Shown: piece after piece, positions 44,094 through 52,788 of the stretch
Layout of the letters: each line of letters starts with the position of its first letter
Position numbering within the stretch: position 1 is the stretch's first letter
Source of the DNA: a virus
Taxonomy: Duplodnaviria; Caudoviricetes
IMG/VR virus record: IMGVR_UViG_3300028586_000002
Coordinates: 1,345 to 65,344 of that record
Length of the DNA stretch: 64,000 nucleotides
Reading direction: 5' to 3' (one strand)
Notes under the pieces: model-generated
Databases searched by the model: none
Told to the model about the DNA's origin: nothing
Seen by the model: the letters and a program-made list of their open reading frames with translations, nothing else
Program-made: the position numbers and the translations under genes

Positions 44094-44750
44094 TTACAGT
44101 GGGTCTTGATCTTCCGTGAAGCCGCACCATGCGAAGCGCTTGTTGTATTCGGCGGCATCGTCGGCTGGCACGAAGAACGAGTCCTCGGGTTTGCTGTAGT
44201 TGCCGTCCAGGTCTTCATGGTCAGGCTGGAGCGGATACGACCAGTTCTCGCCATCCCACCAGCGCATGTGCGTGACGCCGGTTCCGTCGTCGAACGCGCC
44301 GATCATCTTGCACTGGTACGGGCCGACGTAGGCCGGGTGGAAGTCGCTGGCGTTCATGTAGTCGGTCATGGCGGGACCAGCGTTCTCCTGGTAGTGGTGA
44401 TGGCCGAACGCTTCGGTCGGGGTGTCAGTGGTCATGTTCTTGTTCCCAAAAAAGTTGAGTGGAATGTCCCCGTACTGGAGACCCGGAATCAGCGCTGTGA
44501 TGATGCGCCGGCCGAGCCGATAGTACGTGGGGGTGTGGCCTTGCTGCGTTGCTTTTGCTTCGACGGAGACGTGGATCTTGTTGCGCTCGACGAGGTAGTT
44601 CACGAAGCGGTGCGCGGTGCCGTGGCTGACATCGAGCATCGACTGGATCTGTTTCAGGGTCGCGCCTTCACGCGGCCGGCCGAGAAGGAACGCGAGGATG
44701 CGACGAATCGTTTCCTGCGACTTCTCGGTTTCATAGTTTAACCCGGCCAT
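44094..44750 (-). CDS. Winged-helix protein with a separate C-terminal domain
   Basis: TIRRILAFL...GATLKQIQSMLDVSHGTAHRFVNYLVERNKI wHTH pattern. Confidence 0.68.
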   Translation of the reverse strand: MAGLNYETEKSQETIRRILAFLLGRPREGATLKQIQSMLDVSHGTAHRFVNYLVERNKIHVSVEAKATQQGHTPTYYRLGRRIITALIPGLQYGDIPLNFFGNKNMTTDTPTEAFGHHHYQENAGPAMTDYMNASDFHPAYVGPYQCKMIGAFDDGTGVTHMRWWDGENWSYPLQPDHEDLDGNYSKPEDSFFVPADDAAEYNKRFAWCGFTEDQDPL

Positions 44751-44758
44751 GTGAATCG

Positions 44759-45049
44759 CTACCCTTTCAACAGCGAACGACGGCAGGCCGGTGGTGCCGG
44801 ATCGTTCATGTCCCACGCGATATTGCAGGGTGCGCACACCATTTGATCGCTGTGCTGCATCGCATTGCAGCGGGAAATCTGCGGCAGCAGTGACGGCTCG
44901 GTGTCGGGTTGCGGAATGTCGGGAAGACGCTGCCACGTACTATCGTGGTTGAGCATCTGCCAGGTAGTGCCGTCGTCGCACACCGCGAACAGGTCGGGGT
45001 AGCTGGCGCCGGATTGAATCGCTGCTGCAATCTGGATCACCTTGCGCAT
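44759..45049 (-). CDS. Hypothetical protein with C-terminal Cys-rich motif
   Basis: CNAMQHSDQMVCAPCNIAWDMNDPAPPAC; AAGGAG RBS. Confidence 0.68.
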   Translation of the reverse strand: MRKVIQIAAAIQSGASYPDLFAVCDDGTTWQMLNHDSTWQRLPDIPQPDTEPSLLPQISRCNAMQHSDQMVCAPCNIAWDMNDPAPPACRRSLLKG

Positions 45050-45180
45050 TATTTCTGCTCCTTCGGTGTGTTGGTTTGCTGGACCGGCTTCGAGTCGGCA
45101 CCCTTCTTCAACGCAGCGACCAGGGCCGCAGCCAGCGCGCCCGGCAGCGGTGGTGTCGTAGGTTTCGGATCTTGTTTCAT
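45049..45180 (-). CDS. Small hypothetical protein (43 aa)
   Basis: ATGA and TAATG couplings on both sides. Confidence 0.5.
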   Translation of the reverse strand: MKQDPKPTTPPLPGALAAALVAALKKGADSKPVQQTNTPKEQK

Positions 45181-45689
45181 GCTGGCACTCCAAAGCGATA
45201 GCCTGCGAGCAGGATCGGCAGCGGGTCGGTGCGCGGATCAGTCACGCCGACGCGGATCTTCGTGCCGTTTTTGCAGAGCAGGGTGATGACGTGGTAGATG
45301 TCGGAGCCGTACCGCGAGATATAACGGGCACTCATGTTGTTCACGACTACCTGTTGACCGTCCTTCTCGCCGCCGAGCAGCGTGACCAGTTGTTCGGCCA
45401 CGTTCATGTCGCTGTCGTGCGCTTTGGGCTTGCGATAACCGGCCACCAGGGCGTGCTGGATGCAAACCGACAGATCCATCACACCGACGCTATAAACCTC
45501 GTGGCCGGCTCCCTGGACAGCCTGGATGGCATACGTGTGGATCTTGCTCGGCAGCGACAGGCTGATGATGTCATCGTTGTCCGGCAGGCCGTGTTCGCAG
45601 GTGTTGTGGATACGCGCGTCAGCCGACACGATGAGGCGCTGGCCGTCCGCTGGCCCGCCGATAAGGAGTAGTGCTTTGTTGTGGCTCAT
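45177..45689 (-). CDS. Hypothetical protein with internal tandem domain duplication
   Basis: LLIGGPADGQRL.../LLGGEKDGQQV... and LVAGYR/LLAGYR. Confidence 0.7.
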   Translation of the reverse strand: MSHNKALLLIGGPADGQRLIVSADARIHNTCEHGLPDNDDIISLSLPSKIHTYAIQAVQGAGHEVYSVGVMDLSVCIQHALVAGYRKPKAHDSDMNVAEQLVTLLGGEKDGQQVVVNNMSARYISRYGSDIYHVITLLCKNGTKIRVGVTDPRTDPLPILLAGYRFGVPA

Positions 45690-45705
45690 GACGTTCTCTT
45701 TCGTT

Positions 45706-46074
45706 TTAAAGGATGATGATTTCACGGTGCTTGTTGCTGCAATAGCCTGGACCGAGTTCGCTTTCACCGAACCAGCACAGGTTCCACTTATCGGTCCAGC
45801 AGCGTTCGCGCATGCCGCCTGCAACCGGCACCCATTCCCACTGCTGCGACTTCCAGCACTTTCCGGGGTACACGCCGCCAGGGGTGGTGGTCGAGTATTC
45901 TGGCAAGCCGTCGAATTGTGCCTGCGTCAGTATGGCATGCGTGTCGTCGAACTCGACATCGGTCATGTCCGGTTGGCGCCAGTGCTTGCCCATCGGGTCG
46001 GTGATCGGCGGGATGAACGTGCCGGTCGAGAGCACGACGGCGCCCATCGGTGCGGGGTAGCTGTCGCGGATCAT
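45706..46074 (-). CDS. Hypothetical protein (122 aa)
   Basis: ITDPMGKHWRQP...LPEYSTTTPGGVYPGKCWK motif-like content. Confidence 0.72.
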   Translation of the reverse strand: MIRDSYPAPMGAVVLSTGTFIPPITDPMGKHWRQPDMTDVEFDDTHAILTQAQFDGLPEYSTTTPGGVYPGKCWKSQQWEWVPVAGGMRERCWTDKWNLCWFGESELGPGYCSNKHREIIIL

Positions 46075-46190
46075 CGGCCGCTCCCGCCGCTCAGTCCACC
46101 GATCAGGATGAGGGCCAGGCCGACAATCGTCACGCCGCCCACGTACAGGCCGGGATGCGCCATTGCGAACTGCATGAGATCGGCGATCAT
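46071..46190 (-). CDS. Small membrane peptide (39 aa)
   Basis: ATGA overlaps at both ends; AAGGA RBS; single TM. Confidence 0.52.
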   Translation of the reverse strand: MIADLMQFAMAHPGLYVGGVTIVGLALILIGGLSGGSGR

Positions 46191-48037
46191 TTCGGTTCCT
46201 TCAGTTTTGCCTCGGCCGCAGCGATCACGGTCTCGATGTCAGCGTCGGGGATCAAGGACATTTTAGCGAACGGCGTGTAGTTGCCGAACAGGGTTTTTGC
46301 GGTTGGTGCGCCGAAACGTTCCTTCACGTCGACCAGGAGCTTTTCCATGTAGTTGCGACGGATCTCGAACTCGGTCGGGTTGGCCGGCACGAACGTCGAC
46401 GCGTCGCCTTCAGGCTCGGGCCGCTCGCCCGCCTTCTCATAGATTGGCGCTGCGGTGACGGCGTAGGTCTCATCGAAACCAACACCGCGCTCGCCCCACG
46501 GACATTCTTTCGATTCGGTCAACGCTACGCGCTCCTGACCGTGCTCCTGGTGCATGATGTGTCGCCAGCCAACTTGCGTCAGCAGCGCCGGCTTGTCGAT
46601 GGTGCCGTACTGGCGCATGTTGTCCTGCATTTCATTGGCCTGCGCGATGCCGGCGTCCATGTCCTTGACCTGCGCTGCCATGGCGACCGGGCATTCGGCT
46701 GGCGGCGGTGCCTCGCACGGCGACTCGACGGTGAAGCCGCAGAACTGGCACACTTCCGGCTCGGGCTGCGTGCGATCACGTTCAGCCATGTGCGCTTCGA
46801 CGATGGCCTGGTGGAAGCTGGTCGACGACCGGATGCCGTAGTTTTCAGCGTTATAAAAGACCGACAGATACCATGGTCGATCAGCGACACCTGGCTCAAG
46901 TGATTTCCAGATACTCACCTTGGCGCCGTTGCACAGGTCATGCAGGTTCGCCAGCAGGCAGGCGTCGTTGATGATCTTGTGCGCTTCGTCGGTTTTATCG
47001 GCGAGCATGTGGTGCAGGATCGTCGCGCCGCGCTTCTTCGCCAGGTCGCCGATGGTCATCACTGCCGAGTCCATGGCACGCGTGGACAGCTTTGACCATT
47101 CCGGTACGTGCTGGTGCAGCGCAGCCGACACCGCTTGCCAGGCTTCGGCCTGTTCGCGCAACGAGCCGATGTCGTCGCTGCCGGGCTTGAAACCCATCGT
47201 CTCGACCGCAGCGCGCCAGCCTTCAAAGCGATATTCGGTCGTGCCTTTGTACAGGCCGCGCGAGTCGAGTTCCGCACGGTGGCCGAGTGCGACCATCGCC
47301 TTCTCGAACAGCGGGCGGGTGGCTTCGATCAGCGCGTCCTTGCCGACGACCGGGATGGTGGGCAGATCGAGACGCGGCTTTGCACGGCGCTCGCCGTCAG
47401 GTGGCAGGCTGGCGAACGCACGGTCGAACGCGCGCAGTTCGTGTTCGATGTAGCTGGCGTGGTCTTCGGATTCCGTTGCGTTCTCGGCCTCTTGGATCAG
47501 GTCGCGCCACGCTTGGCGGTGCGAGTAAAAGTCGTGCGAGATCGGGCCGCTGGTCGGGAACTCGGCGCTCGGCACGAATTCGCGCTCGATGTGCAGCTTG
47601 GCCGGGCCTTTCCATTCCTGCGTCACCTCGAAGCCGATGGCGTCGCCCGAGAGAACCGGAACCAGGGTGCTTTTGCCAGGCACCACACCGCCGCTGTGCA
47701 GGTTGAAGTGCGCCAGCAGTTCGGATTTCTTTTCGTCCGACAGGTTGGTGACGTTCACGATCACTGGCGGGAAGGCCCGCGCGCGGCGCTGCATCAGGCT
47801 TTCGATCTCTTCGTCGCGGCCCAGCGTCGAGCCACCGACCAGGAGCGATTGCAGGTAGTAGCTTGCGCGAGCCGGGCCGTTGACCGGGTTGTCGCAGTAT
47901 TGCGGCAGTTCCTCCAGCAGCGCCATATTGCGACGCAGGTTGTCGGCCATGTCCCTGCCCGGCGAGTGGATCAGCACATAGGCCGCTTGTGCGATGTCCA
48001 GCAGCGCGCGGATGATTGCGTTCGGGTTCGTGTTCAT
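46187..48037 (-). CDS. Mosaic multi-domain hypothetical protein (616 aa)
   Basis: Long ORF with GGAG RBS; contains CxxC...C...C; terminal domains shared with other genes in this genome. Confidence 0.75.
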   Translation of the reverse strand: MNTNPNAIIRALLDIAQAAYVLIHSPGRDMADNLRRNMALLEELPQYCDNPVNGPARASYYLQSLLVGGSTLGRDEEIESLMQRRARAFPPVIVNVTNLSDEKKSELLAHFNLHSGGVVPGKSTLVPVLSGDAIGFEVTQEWKGPAKLHIEREFVPSAEFPTSGPISHDFYSHRQAWRDLIQEAENATESEDHASYIEHELRAFDRAFASLPPDGERRAKPRLDLPTIPVVGKDALIEATRPLFEKAMVALGHRAELDSRGLYKGTTEYRFEGWRAAVETMGFKPGSDDIGSLREQAEAWQAVSAALHQHVPEWSKLSTRAMDSAVMTIGDLAKKRGATILHHMLADKTDEAHKIINDACLLANLHDLCNGAKVSIWKSLEPGVADRPWYLSVFYNAENYGIRSSTSFHQAIVEAHMAERDRTQPEPEVCQFCGFTVESPCEAPPPAECPVAMAAQVKDMDAGIAQANEMQDNMRQYGTIDKPALLTQVGWRHIMHQEHGQERVALTESKECPWGERGVGFDETYAVTAAPIYEKAGERPEPEGDASTFVPANPTEFEIRRNYMEKLLVDVKERFGAPTAKTLFGNYTPFAKMSLIPDADIETVIAAAEAKLKEPK

Positions 48038-48049
48038 AGTGTTCTCCGT

Positions 48050-48727
48050 TTATTGTTTGTCGGTGCTGCCGAAGCCGCCAGTGCCGCGTGCCGTCTCGCT
48101 CAGTTCGTCGACCTCCAGGAAAGCGACGCGCGGGAATGGCAGGATGATCGCTTGTGCGATGGCGCGGCCGTACAGCAGGGGCAGTGATTCATTCGCTTCA
48201 TCCATGCGCAGCTTGACCTTTACGCTGGCGCGGTAATCGCTGTCGATCACGCCGACGCAATTCGACAGGCGAATGTCGGACTTGAAGCCGTGGCCGCTGC
48301 GCGAGAAGATCAGCATGACGTGGCCCTCGGGGATCTCGAACGCCACGCCAGTGTCGACTTCGACAGGAAGACCGCGCTCAACCATGACACCTTCAACGCC
48401 GAACAGGTCGAAGCAACCGGAACCATGCGTGCCATAGCGCGGCAGCTTGGCGTCAGGGTGCGTGCGCTTGACGCAGACTGCCAGGTGAGGATTGTGCGGC
48501 TGTTCGCCGTGGAAGCGCAGCCGGGCCTCGGCGATGCTGATGTAATCGCCCTCGCTCGCCGGCAGCACGTCGAGGCTGTTGAGGTGCGTTTCGAGGTTGG
48601 CGAGATCGTCGACGCTCACCTCGGTCAGTGCGGTGCCGGTTGCACGGTCACTTGCTACGATGGTACGCGCTGCGCGAGCGACGGCGATGAGTGCGCCGAT
48701 GGTTTGCTTCGTGGTCAAAATCTTCAT
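48050..48727 (-). CDS. dut: Trimeric dUTPase with ~75-aa N-terminal extra domain
   Basis: GSGCFDL, FSRSG, GVIDSDYR, AIAQ, RGTGGFGST motifs. Confidence 0.93.
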   Translation of the reverse strand: MKILTTKQTIGALIAVARAARTIVASDRATGTALTEVSVDDLANLETHLNSLDVLPASEGDYISIAEARLRFHGEQPHNPHLAVCVKRTHPDAKLPRYGTHGSGCFDLFGVEGVMVERGLPVEVDTGVAFEIPEGHVMLIFSRSGHGFKSDIRLSNCVGVIDSDYRASVKVKLRMDEANESLPLLYGRAIAQAIILPFPRVAFLEVDELSETARGTGGFGSTDKQ

Positions 48728-48728
48728 T

Positions 48729-49274
48729 TCAAAACTCCTGTTTTTCGACGCGGTAGGCCGTGTCGATTGCTTCGTTAAGGGAACTGCCGTGATAGCTGCG
48801 GACCTTGCTGTGCGTGACCGGCATGGTCGAGATCATGCGCACATCGCCGCACATCACGATCCAGCTACGCGTCGCGTCGTCCTGGAAAATCTTCACTGTT
48901 TGACTGCTGCCGTTCTCGACGAAGCCGCAGCACTCGCGCAGCTTTTGCATGGCCTCGCCGTCGCGGATGAGTTGCTGGCGGCGTGCCTTGTTGGCCGCAG
49001 TCTTGATGTCGACCTTGCGCTGCGCCATCGAGCGTGGTTTCGGCTCGTCGCGCTGCTCCTGACGTGCGCTGCGCAGGCCATCCTGGCACTTCGGACAGGT
49101 GACGGTGCGGCGTGGCTTCATGCGGGTCGTGTCGCGCGCAGCGTGGGCGCCGCACAGCGTCTTGTCGGCGTTGTGCATCAGGACATGGACGACGGCCTGC
49201 GGTGCCGCCTGGCTCACGCCTTCGTCCGCGTATTCAGCGACCGACGCGACGCGGTTGTACTCGATTGCTTTCAT
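48729..49274 (-). CDS. Hypothetical protein with Zn-finger-like motif
   Basis: H..M.....LCG...TCPKC; GGAG RBS and ATGA overlap favour start 49274. Confidence 0.68.
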   Translation of the reverse strand: MKAIEYNRVASVAEYADEGVSQAAPQAVVHVLMHNADKTLCGAHAARDTTRMKPRRTVTCPKCQDGLRSARQEQRDEPKPRSMAQRKVDIKTAANKARRQQLIRDGEAMQKLRECCGFVENGSSQTVKIFQDDATRSWIVMCGDVRMISTMPVTHSKVRSYHGSSLNEAIDTAYRVEKQEF

Positions 49275-49600
49275 GCTTGTGGCTCCGGTGGTTTCGGGAA
49301 CGATACCCATGCTTTGTTGAGATTTTCCCAATCGTATTTAGGCGATGTTTTGCTGAACGATTTCCATGCGTAAAACGCCTGGTCATAGCCGGTGGCCTTG
49401 AGTCGCGCGCCGCACTGCATCCACGAGTCGTAATCGTCGGCGTTGTGCTGGCTGACGATGGTGCGCAGTTCCGCGTTTCGGTTGTGCGTTTCGATAGATC
49501 GTGCCGCAGATTTCAAGCGCGACACCAGTTCAAGCTGGCCGGCTTTTTCCGCTACGTCCGCGCGGGCCAGCAGCAGTGCAATTATGATCGTGTCGGTCAT
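49271..49600 (-). CDS. Stand-alone PriCT-2-like domain protein
   Basis: DDYDSWMQCGARLK...FYAWKSFSKTSPKYD.....WVSF matches the primase's own DDYDIWFQVGMAL...W..WS...Y...W..F. Confidence 0.68.
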   Translation of the reverse strand: MTDTIIIALLLARADVAEKAGQLELVSRLKSAARSIETHNRNAELRTIVSQHNADDYDSWMQCGARLKATGYDQAFYAWKSFSKTSPKYDWENLNKAWVSFPKPPEPQA

Positions 49601-49702
49601 CGGTTCTTCCTTTCTTCGGTTTCGGTGGCTTGTTGCACTTCGGGCAGTTCTCGCATCGCTCGCCTGGCCCGTAATGGACGAGCGGATCGCGGGGTGGCAG
49701 CT

Positions 49703-49912
49703 TCACAGTTCGTCGTCCTCCAGCAGTAGTTGCGTGTCACCGTGTTTCGTGCAGTTCGTGCGGACCAGTGACAGCTTGAGGTGGTCGAGCAGCTTGAACA
49801 TCACCTCGGTCAGTTCCTCGTGCGTGAGCGTGTTGAGGTACTGGTTCAGCGTCTCGCGAAAGGGCGGCGGGTCTTCACGGAATGCGGGGTGCCGGTTGCG
49901 ATTGCGGCTCAT
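49703..49912 (-). CDS. Hypothetical protein (ends EDDEL)
   Basis: ATGA overlap; GAAGG RBS. Confidence 0.65.
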   Translation of the reverse strand: MSRNRNRHPAFREDPPPFRETLNQYLNTLTHEELTEVMFKLLDHLKLSLVRTNCTKHGDTQLLLEDDEL

Positions 49913-50154
49913 GCCTTCATCCCCTTCTCGGTGAGCAGCAGTTCGCAGCATCCACTGGCCCGCTGATTGTGCTTCTCGATGTAGCCTTCGCGCTCCAGCA
50001 CGCGGGCGCTGCCGGTGACACCCTGCATCGAGGCGTTGGTCAGCCAGTAGCATTCGAGGGTGCGCGGTGTCTCGGGCTTGTAGAGCATTTGGATACCGCT
50101 GCGCATGGCGACGATGACGCTCGCCTGCGTGCGGGTCAGGCCCTTCGTGCTCAT
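49909..50154 (-). CDS. Small winged-helix-like protein
   Basis: LTRTQASV...ARVLEREGYI...LLTEKG pattern. Confidence 0.6.
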   Translation of the reverse strand: MSTKGLTRTQASVIVAMRSGIQMLYKPETPRTLECYWLTNASMQGVTGSARVLEREGYIEKHNQRASGCCELLLTEKGMKA

Positions 50155-50636
50155 GGCCGGCCACCGCGCCCTGGTGATGGCATGCCGACCGGGTTCACCG
50201 GCTTGATCGGCACCAGCGTCATGCTGTCCTTCCAGCGTGCGACGCCGAATTCGACGAGATCACAGCAGAACTTGGTGACGATTGCCCGGTTCTTCTCGTT
50301 CAGCGCTTTCGGCACCGTGTAGACGCCTGCTGTCGTCACCGCATCGTAGATGTGCGCCATCGTCGGATGCACTTCAATCATCGTACCGACCGCACCGAGC
50401 GGACGGCGCGGCTTGTCGCTGGTGTCCGGTTCCCGCAGCTTCGTCGTGTAGTCGCGCATGTGTTCGGCGATCTGCACGTCCAGGTCGAGCACGAGGCCGT
50501 TGAACGCGGCAATGTCCTTGTCGATGTTCGTCAGCACAGTGTGGCGTTCGACGTGAGCGCGTGCGAGATTTACCTGGATGCCGGCACGCTGGTTGCGCAG
50601 CATGAGAATGTGCTGCTTCAGTTGGTCGGCGTTCAT
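50151..50636 (-). CDS. Hypothetical protein, N-terminal coiled coil
   Basis: Coupled ORF in the leftward operon. Confidence 0.68.
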   Translation of the reverse strand: MNADQLKQHILMLRNQRAGIQVNLARAHVERHTVLTNIDKDIAAFNGLVLDLDVQIAEHMRDYTTKLREPDTSDKPRRPLGAVGTMIEVHPTMAHIYDAVTTAGVYTVPKALNEKNRAIVTKFCCDLVEFGVARWKDSMTLVPIKPVNPVGMPSPGRGGRP

Positions 50637-50908
50637 GCTGGATTCCCCTTCATGACTTCGATGCGGACAGCGGCCAGGCGTGCGGACTGGCTGTTCAGTT
50701 TTTCGATCAGTGCCGGTGGTGCGCCTTCCATGCGCGCATTGGACGCGGCCAGGCGCAGTGCCTCAACGGCGATGTTCATGGCGTCGCTGGTGTTCTGGTA
50801 AGCGGGGCGCACATTGGCCGGACGGCGAGCGCGTTCCGCTGCAACCAGCAGATCGGTCGTCTTGTCGTAAAGGCTGCGTGGTGGCTCGCCGAATTCGTTG
50901 ATGCTCAT
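50633..50908 (-). CDS. Hypothetical protein (91 aa)
   Basis: ATGA overlaps; GGAG RBS. Confidence 0.68.
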   Translation of the reverse strand: MSINEFGEPPRSLYDKTTDLLVAAERARRPANVRPAYQNTSDAMNIAVEALRLAASNARMEGAPPALIEKLNSQSARLAAVRIEVMKGNPA

Positions 50909-51432
50909 GGCCGGCTCCAGGATTCGATGTCGTCGTAGATTGCGCGGATCGCCACCGCGAGATAGGTCGGACGTGGCAGCGGTGCAGGACGGCCGCGACG
51001 CTGCATTACCAGCGCTTCGGCGATCACCATTTCGACTGCGAGATCCTTGGCCGCTTTCTCGGCGAACTCGATGTCGCGGTTAATGTAGTTGCGCAGTTGA
51101 TTGGCACTGCCGCTGACCATCATGCCGCCGCGTGGCAGGGCGGTGATGTTGATCTTGGCCTCGGCGCGGATCGCAATGTTCCGCTCGACGAACTCGGACA
51201 TCGAGCCGGACTTACCGTACACGGCATTGATGTTCGACGCGTCGAAAGGCCCGCCCATTTTGGCCGCGAGTTCGCGCAGGCTCGGCGATTCGAGTTCGCG
51301 CAGGCTCGACGATTCGAGGTCGATGGTCACGAAGCGACGGTCGCCGGTCTCTTCAGGGAAGGTGTCGGCCAGGGAGTCGTGCGCTGCCGTTGGCGTCATG
51401 TGCGGCAGGTTCGTGAAGTTGATCTTGTCCAT
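50905..51432 (-). CDS. Hypothetical protein (175 aa) with 8-aa tandem duplication
   Basis: Start MDKINF; LESSSLRE/LESPSLRE. Confidence 0.65.
   Translation of the reverse strand: MDKINFTNLPHMTPTAAHDSLADTFPEETGDRRFVTIDLESSSLRELESPSLRELAAKMGGPFDASNINAVYGKSGSMSEFVERNIAIRAEAKINITALPRGGMMVSGSANQLRNYINRDIEFAEKAAKDLAVEMVIAEALVMQRRGRPAPLPRPTYLAVAIRAIYDDIESWSRP
51268..51318. repeat. 24-bp tandem duplication
   Basis: GAGTTCGCGCAGGCTCG(G/A)CGATTC x2 plus GAG. Confidence 0.85.
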
Positions 51433-51434
51433 GA

Positions 51435-51785
51435 TTACGCAGTCCGGTGAACGAGGGCCAGCAGGTACAGGCCGCTCTTGATTTTGATGTCGGTGATCTC
51501 GATGCTGAAGTCCGAGCCGGGGATACGACGCTTGGCCGCTGACACTGCCGAGGCCAGGCTGTTGCGCAGCTTCACGGACATGGTGTCGAGGCCGGCCAGT
51601 GCGTCGGCGACAGACTGGTCTTCGTCGATCTTGACCACGCGCGCAGCCGGCATGTCGCCTACTTCCAGATCGGCCACTGCTGCGCTGAACGAGAACACGC
51701 GAGCACGCGGCGGTGCTGCGATGTCCGACTCGGGACTCATGGCGCCGACGAGAGCCGCGCTGAGTAACTGCTGTTTTGCTGACAT
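51435..51785 (-). CDS. Hypothetical protein (116 aa)
   Basis: AAGGA RBS; SAAKRRIPG..FSIE motif. Confidence 0.72.
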   Translation of the reverse strand: MSAKQQLLSAALVGAMSPESDIAAPPRARVFSFSAAVADLEVGDMPAARVVKIDEDQSVADALAGLDTMSVKLRNSLASAVSAAKRRIPGSDFSIEITDIKIKSGLYLLALVHRTA

Positions 51786-51806
51786 GGTTTTTCCTTGTTG
51801 ATTGAT

Positions 51807-52031
51807 TTACAGAGCGTCCATCAAGCACTGCACTGTCTTGTCGATATGCTCGCAAGCCTGTTCGAGTTCGTGGATCGTGCTCGCAATCTTTTGGCCTTTC
51901 GGTGATTGCAGAGCGTCGATCATGTTGTCAAACTCATCCTGCTCACTGTCACGCAAGCCTTCGATGGCTGCTTTCGTCAGCGAGAGCGTTCCGACGAGGC
52001 GCTTGACTGCATTGAACCCTGACTCGTTCAT
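51807..52031 (-). CDS. Hypothetical helical protein (74 aa)
   Basis: ORF in the leftward early operon. Confidence 0.65.
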   Translation of the reverse strand: MNESGFNAVKRLVGTLSLTKAAIEGLRDSEQDEFDNMIDALQSPKGQKIASTIHELEQACEHIDKTVQCLMDAL

Positions 52032-52036
52032 GTGAT

Positions 52037-52264
52037 TTACAGGCTGTTCAGTGCGTTGTCCAGCGCCTCGAACGCGGAGCGTGCTGCGACGTTGGCCTGG
52101 TCGAGTTGACGAACGATGGTCTCGCGTGCCGGGCTGTCGCTGTCCACGTACATCGCGTTCTCCTGACGACGCACATCGCGGATGCTGTCGATCAGGGCGA
52201 GAGCCTGGTCACGGATCTCGGTGATGCTGGTGATCGAGTTGCTGTTCGGTGGTGCTTTTGCCAT
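52037..52264 (-). CDS. Hypothetical helical protein (75 aa), first gene of the leftward early operon
   Basis: AGGAG RBS; directly below the 52299-52327 promoter. Confidence 0.7.
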   Translation of the reverse strand: MAKAPPNSNSITSITEIRDQALALIDSIRDVRRQENAMYVDSDSPARETIVRQLDQANVAARSAFEALDNALNSL

Positions 52265-52298
52265 GGTGTTTCTCCTATTCATTGGGTAGCGGTGAGTC

Positions 52299-52327
52299 AT
52301 TATCAGCACAAGGCTAAACCTTGTCAA
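52299..52327 (-). promoter_or_regulatory. Sigma70 promoter TTGACA-17-GATAAT with operator-like motif at 52308-52324
   Basis: Near-consensus hexamers; ACAAG-GCTAAAC-CTTGT. Confidence 0.82.
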
Positions 52328-52449
52328 CAAGTTTTCAAATTCGCCCGCCGAAATTTTGGAACCGGCCGGGGTGCTCAAGTAAGCCGACAAGGTTTTTTGA
52401 AATTCTGGAATCGAAAATTTGGAACCGGCCAGGGTGCTCAAGTAAGCCG
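52327..52449. repeat. Degenerate ~60-63 bp tandem duplication with a 32-bp core (1 mismatch)
   Basis: TTTGGAACCGGCC(G/A)GGGTGCTCAAGTAAGCCG at 52355-52386 and 52418-52449. Confidence 0.85.
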
Positions 52450-52453
52450 GAAA

Positions 52454-52749
52454 ACATGGTATCACCTTGTCAGCGGGTCCGCAGTGCAGGTGAGCGGCGG
52501 CGCCTGGCTGTGCGGGGCATAGCGAAAAACACCGATCTGAACGAAATTTGGTCGATCGGCCGGATTGCCTTACAAAGTATGGCGAATCTGCCGGGCGTGG
52601 CGCATATTGTTCGGCGGCGCTGGCGGGCCTGCCGTATATCGTACGGTTCGGTATGGTGGCGGCGTGGCCTGGCGTGGTTCGCCCTATATAGGCGGCGCGG
52701 CCTGGCCTGGCGGCGTGACTGCGGATTGCCTGACAAGGTTTCGACTTGT
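52454..52749. promoter_or_regulatory. Two further operator-like motifs in the divergent intergenic region (52454-52470, 52733-52749)
   Basis: ACATG-GTATCAC-CTTGT and ACAAG-GTTTCGA-CTTGT. Confidence 0.65.
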
Positions 52750-52788
52750 CTCTTTTCAGACAATGCGCACGGCACGACTGCGGAATCA

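Noticed and set aside
49530-49706. Possible ~58-aa Cys-containing ORF (MKLPPRDPL...CENCPKC) between 49703 and 49600
   Set aside because: GTGA coupling is plausible, but it overlaps the next gene extensively and has no other support, so it is not listed as a feature
52355-52449. Two 32-bp repeats separated by 31 bp, resembling a mini CRISPR array
   Set aside because: The spacer is itself similar to the sequence preceding the first repeat, so this is a tandem duplication; there are only two units, no recognisable CRISPR repeat end and no cas operon
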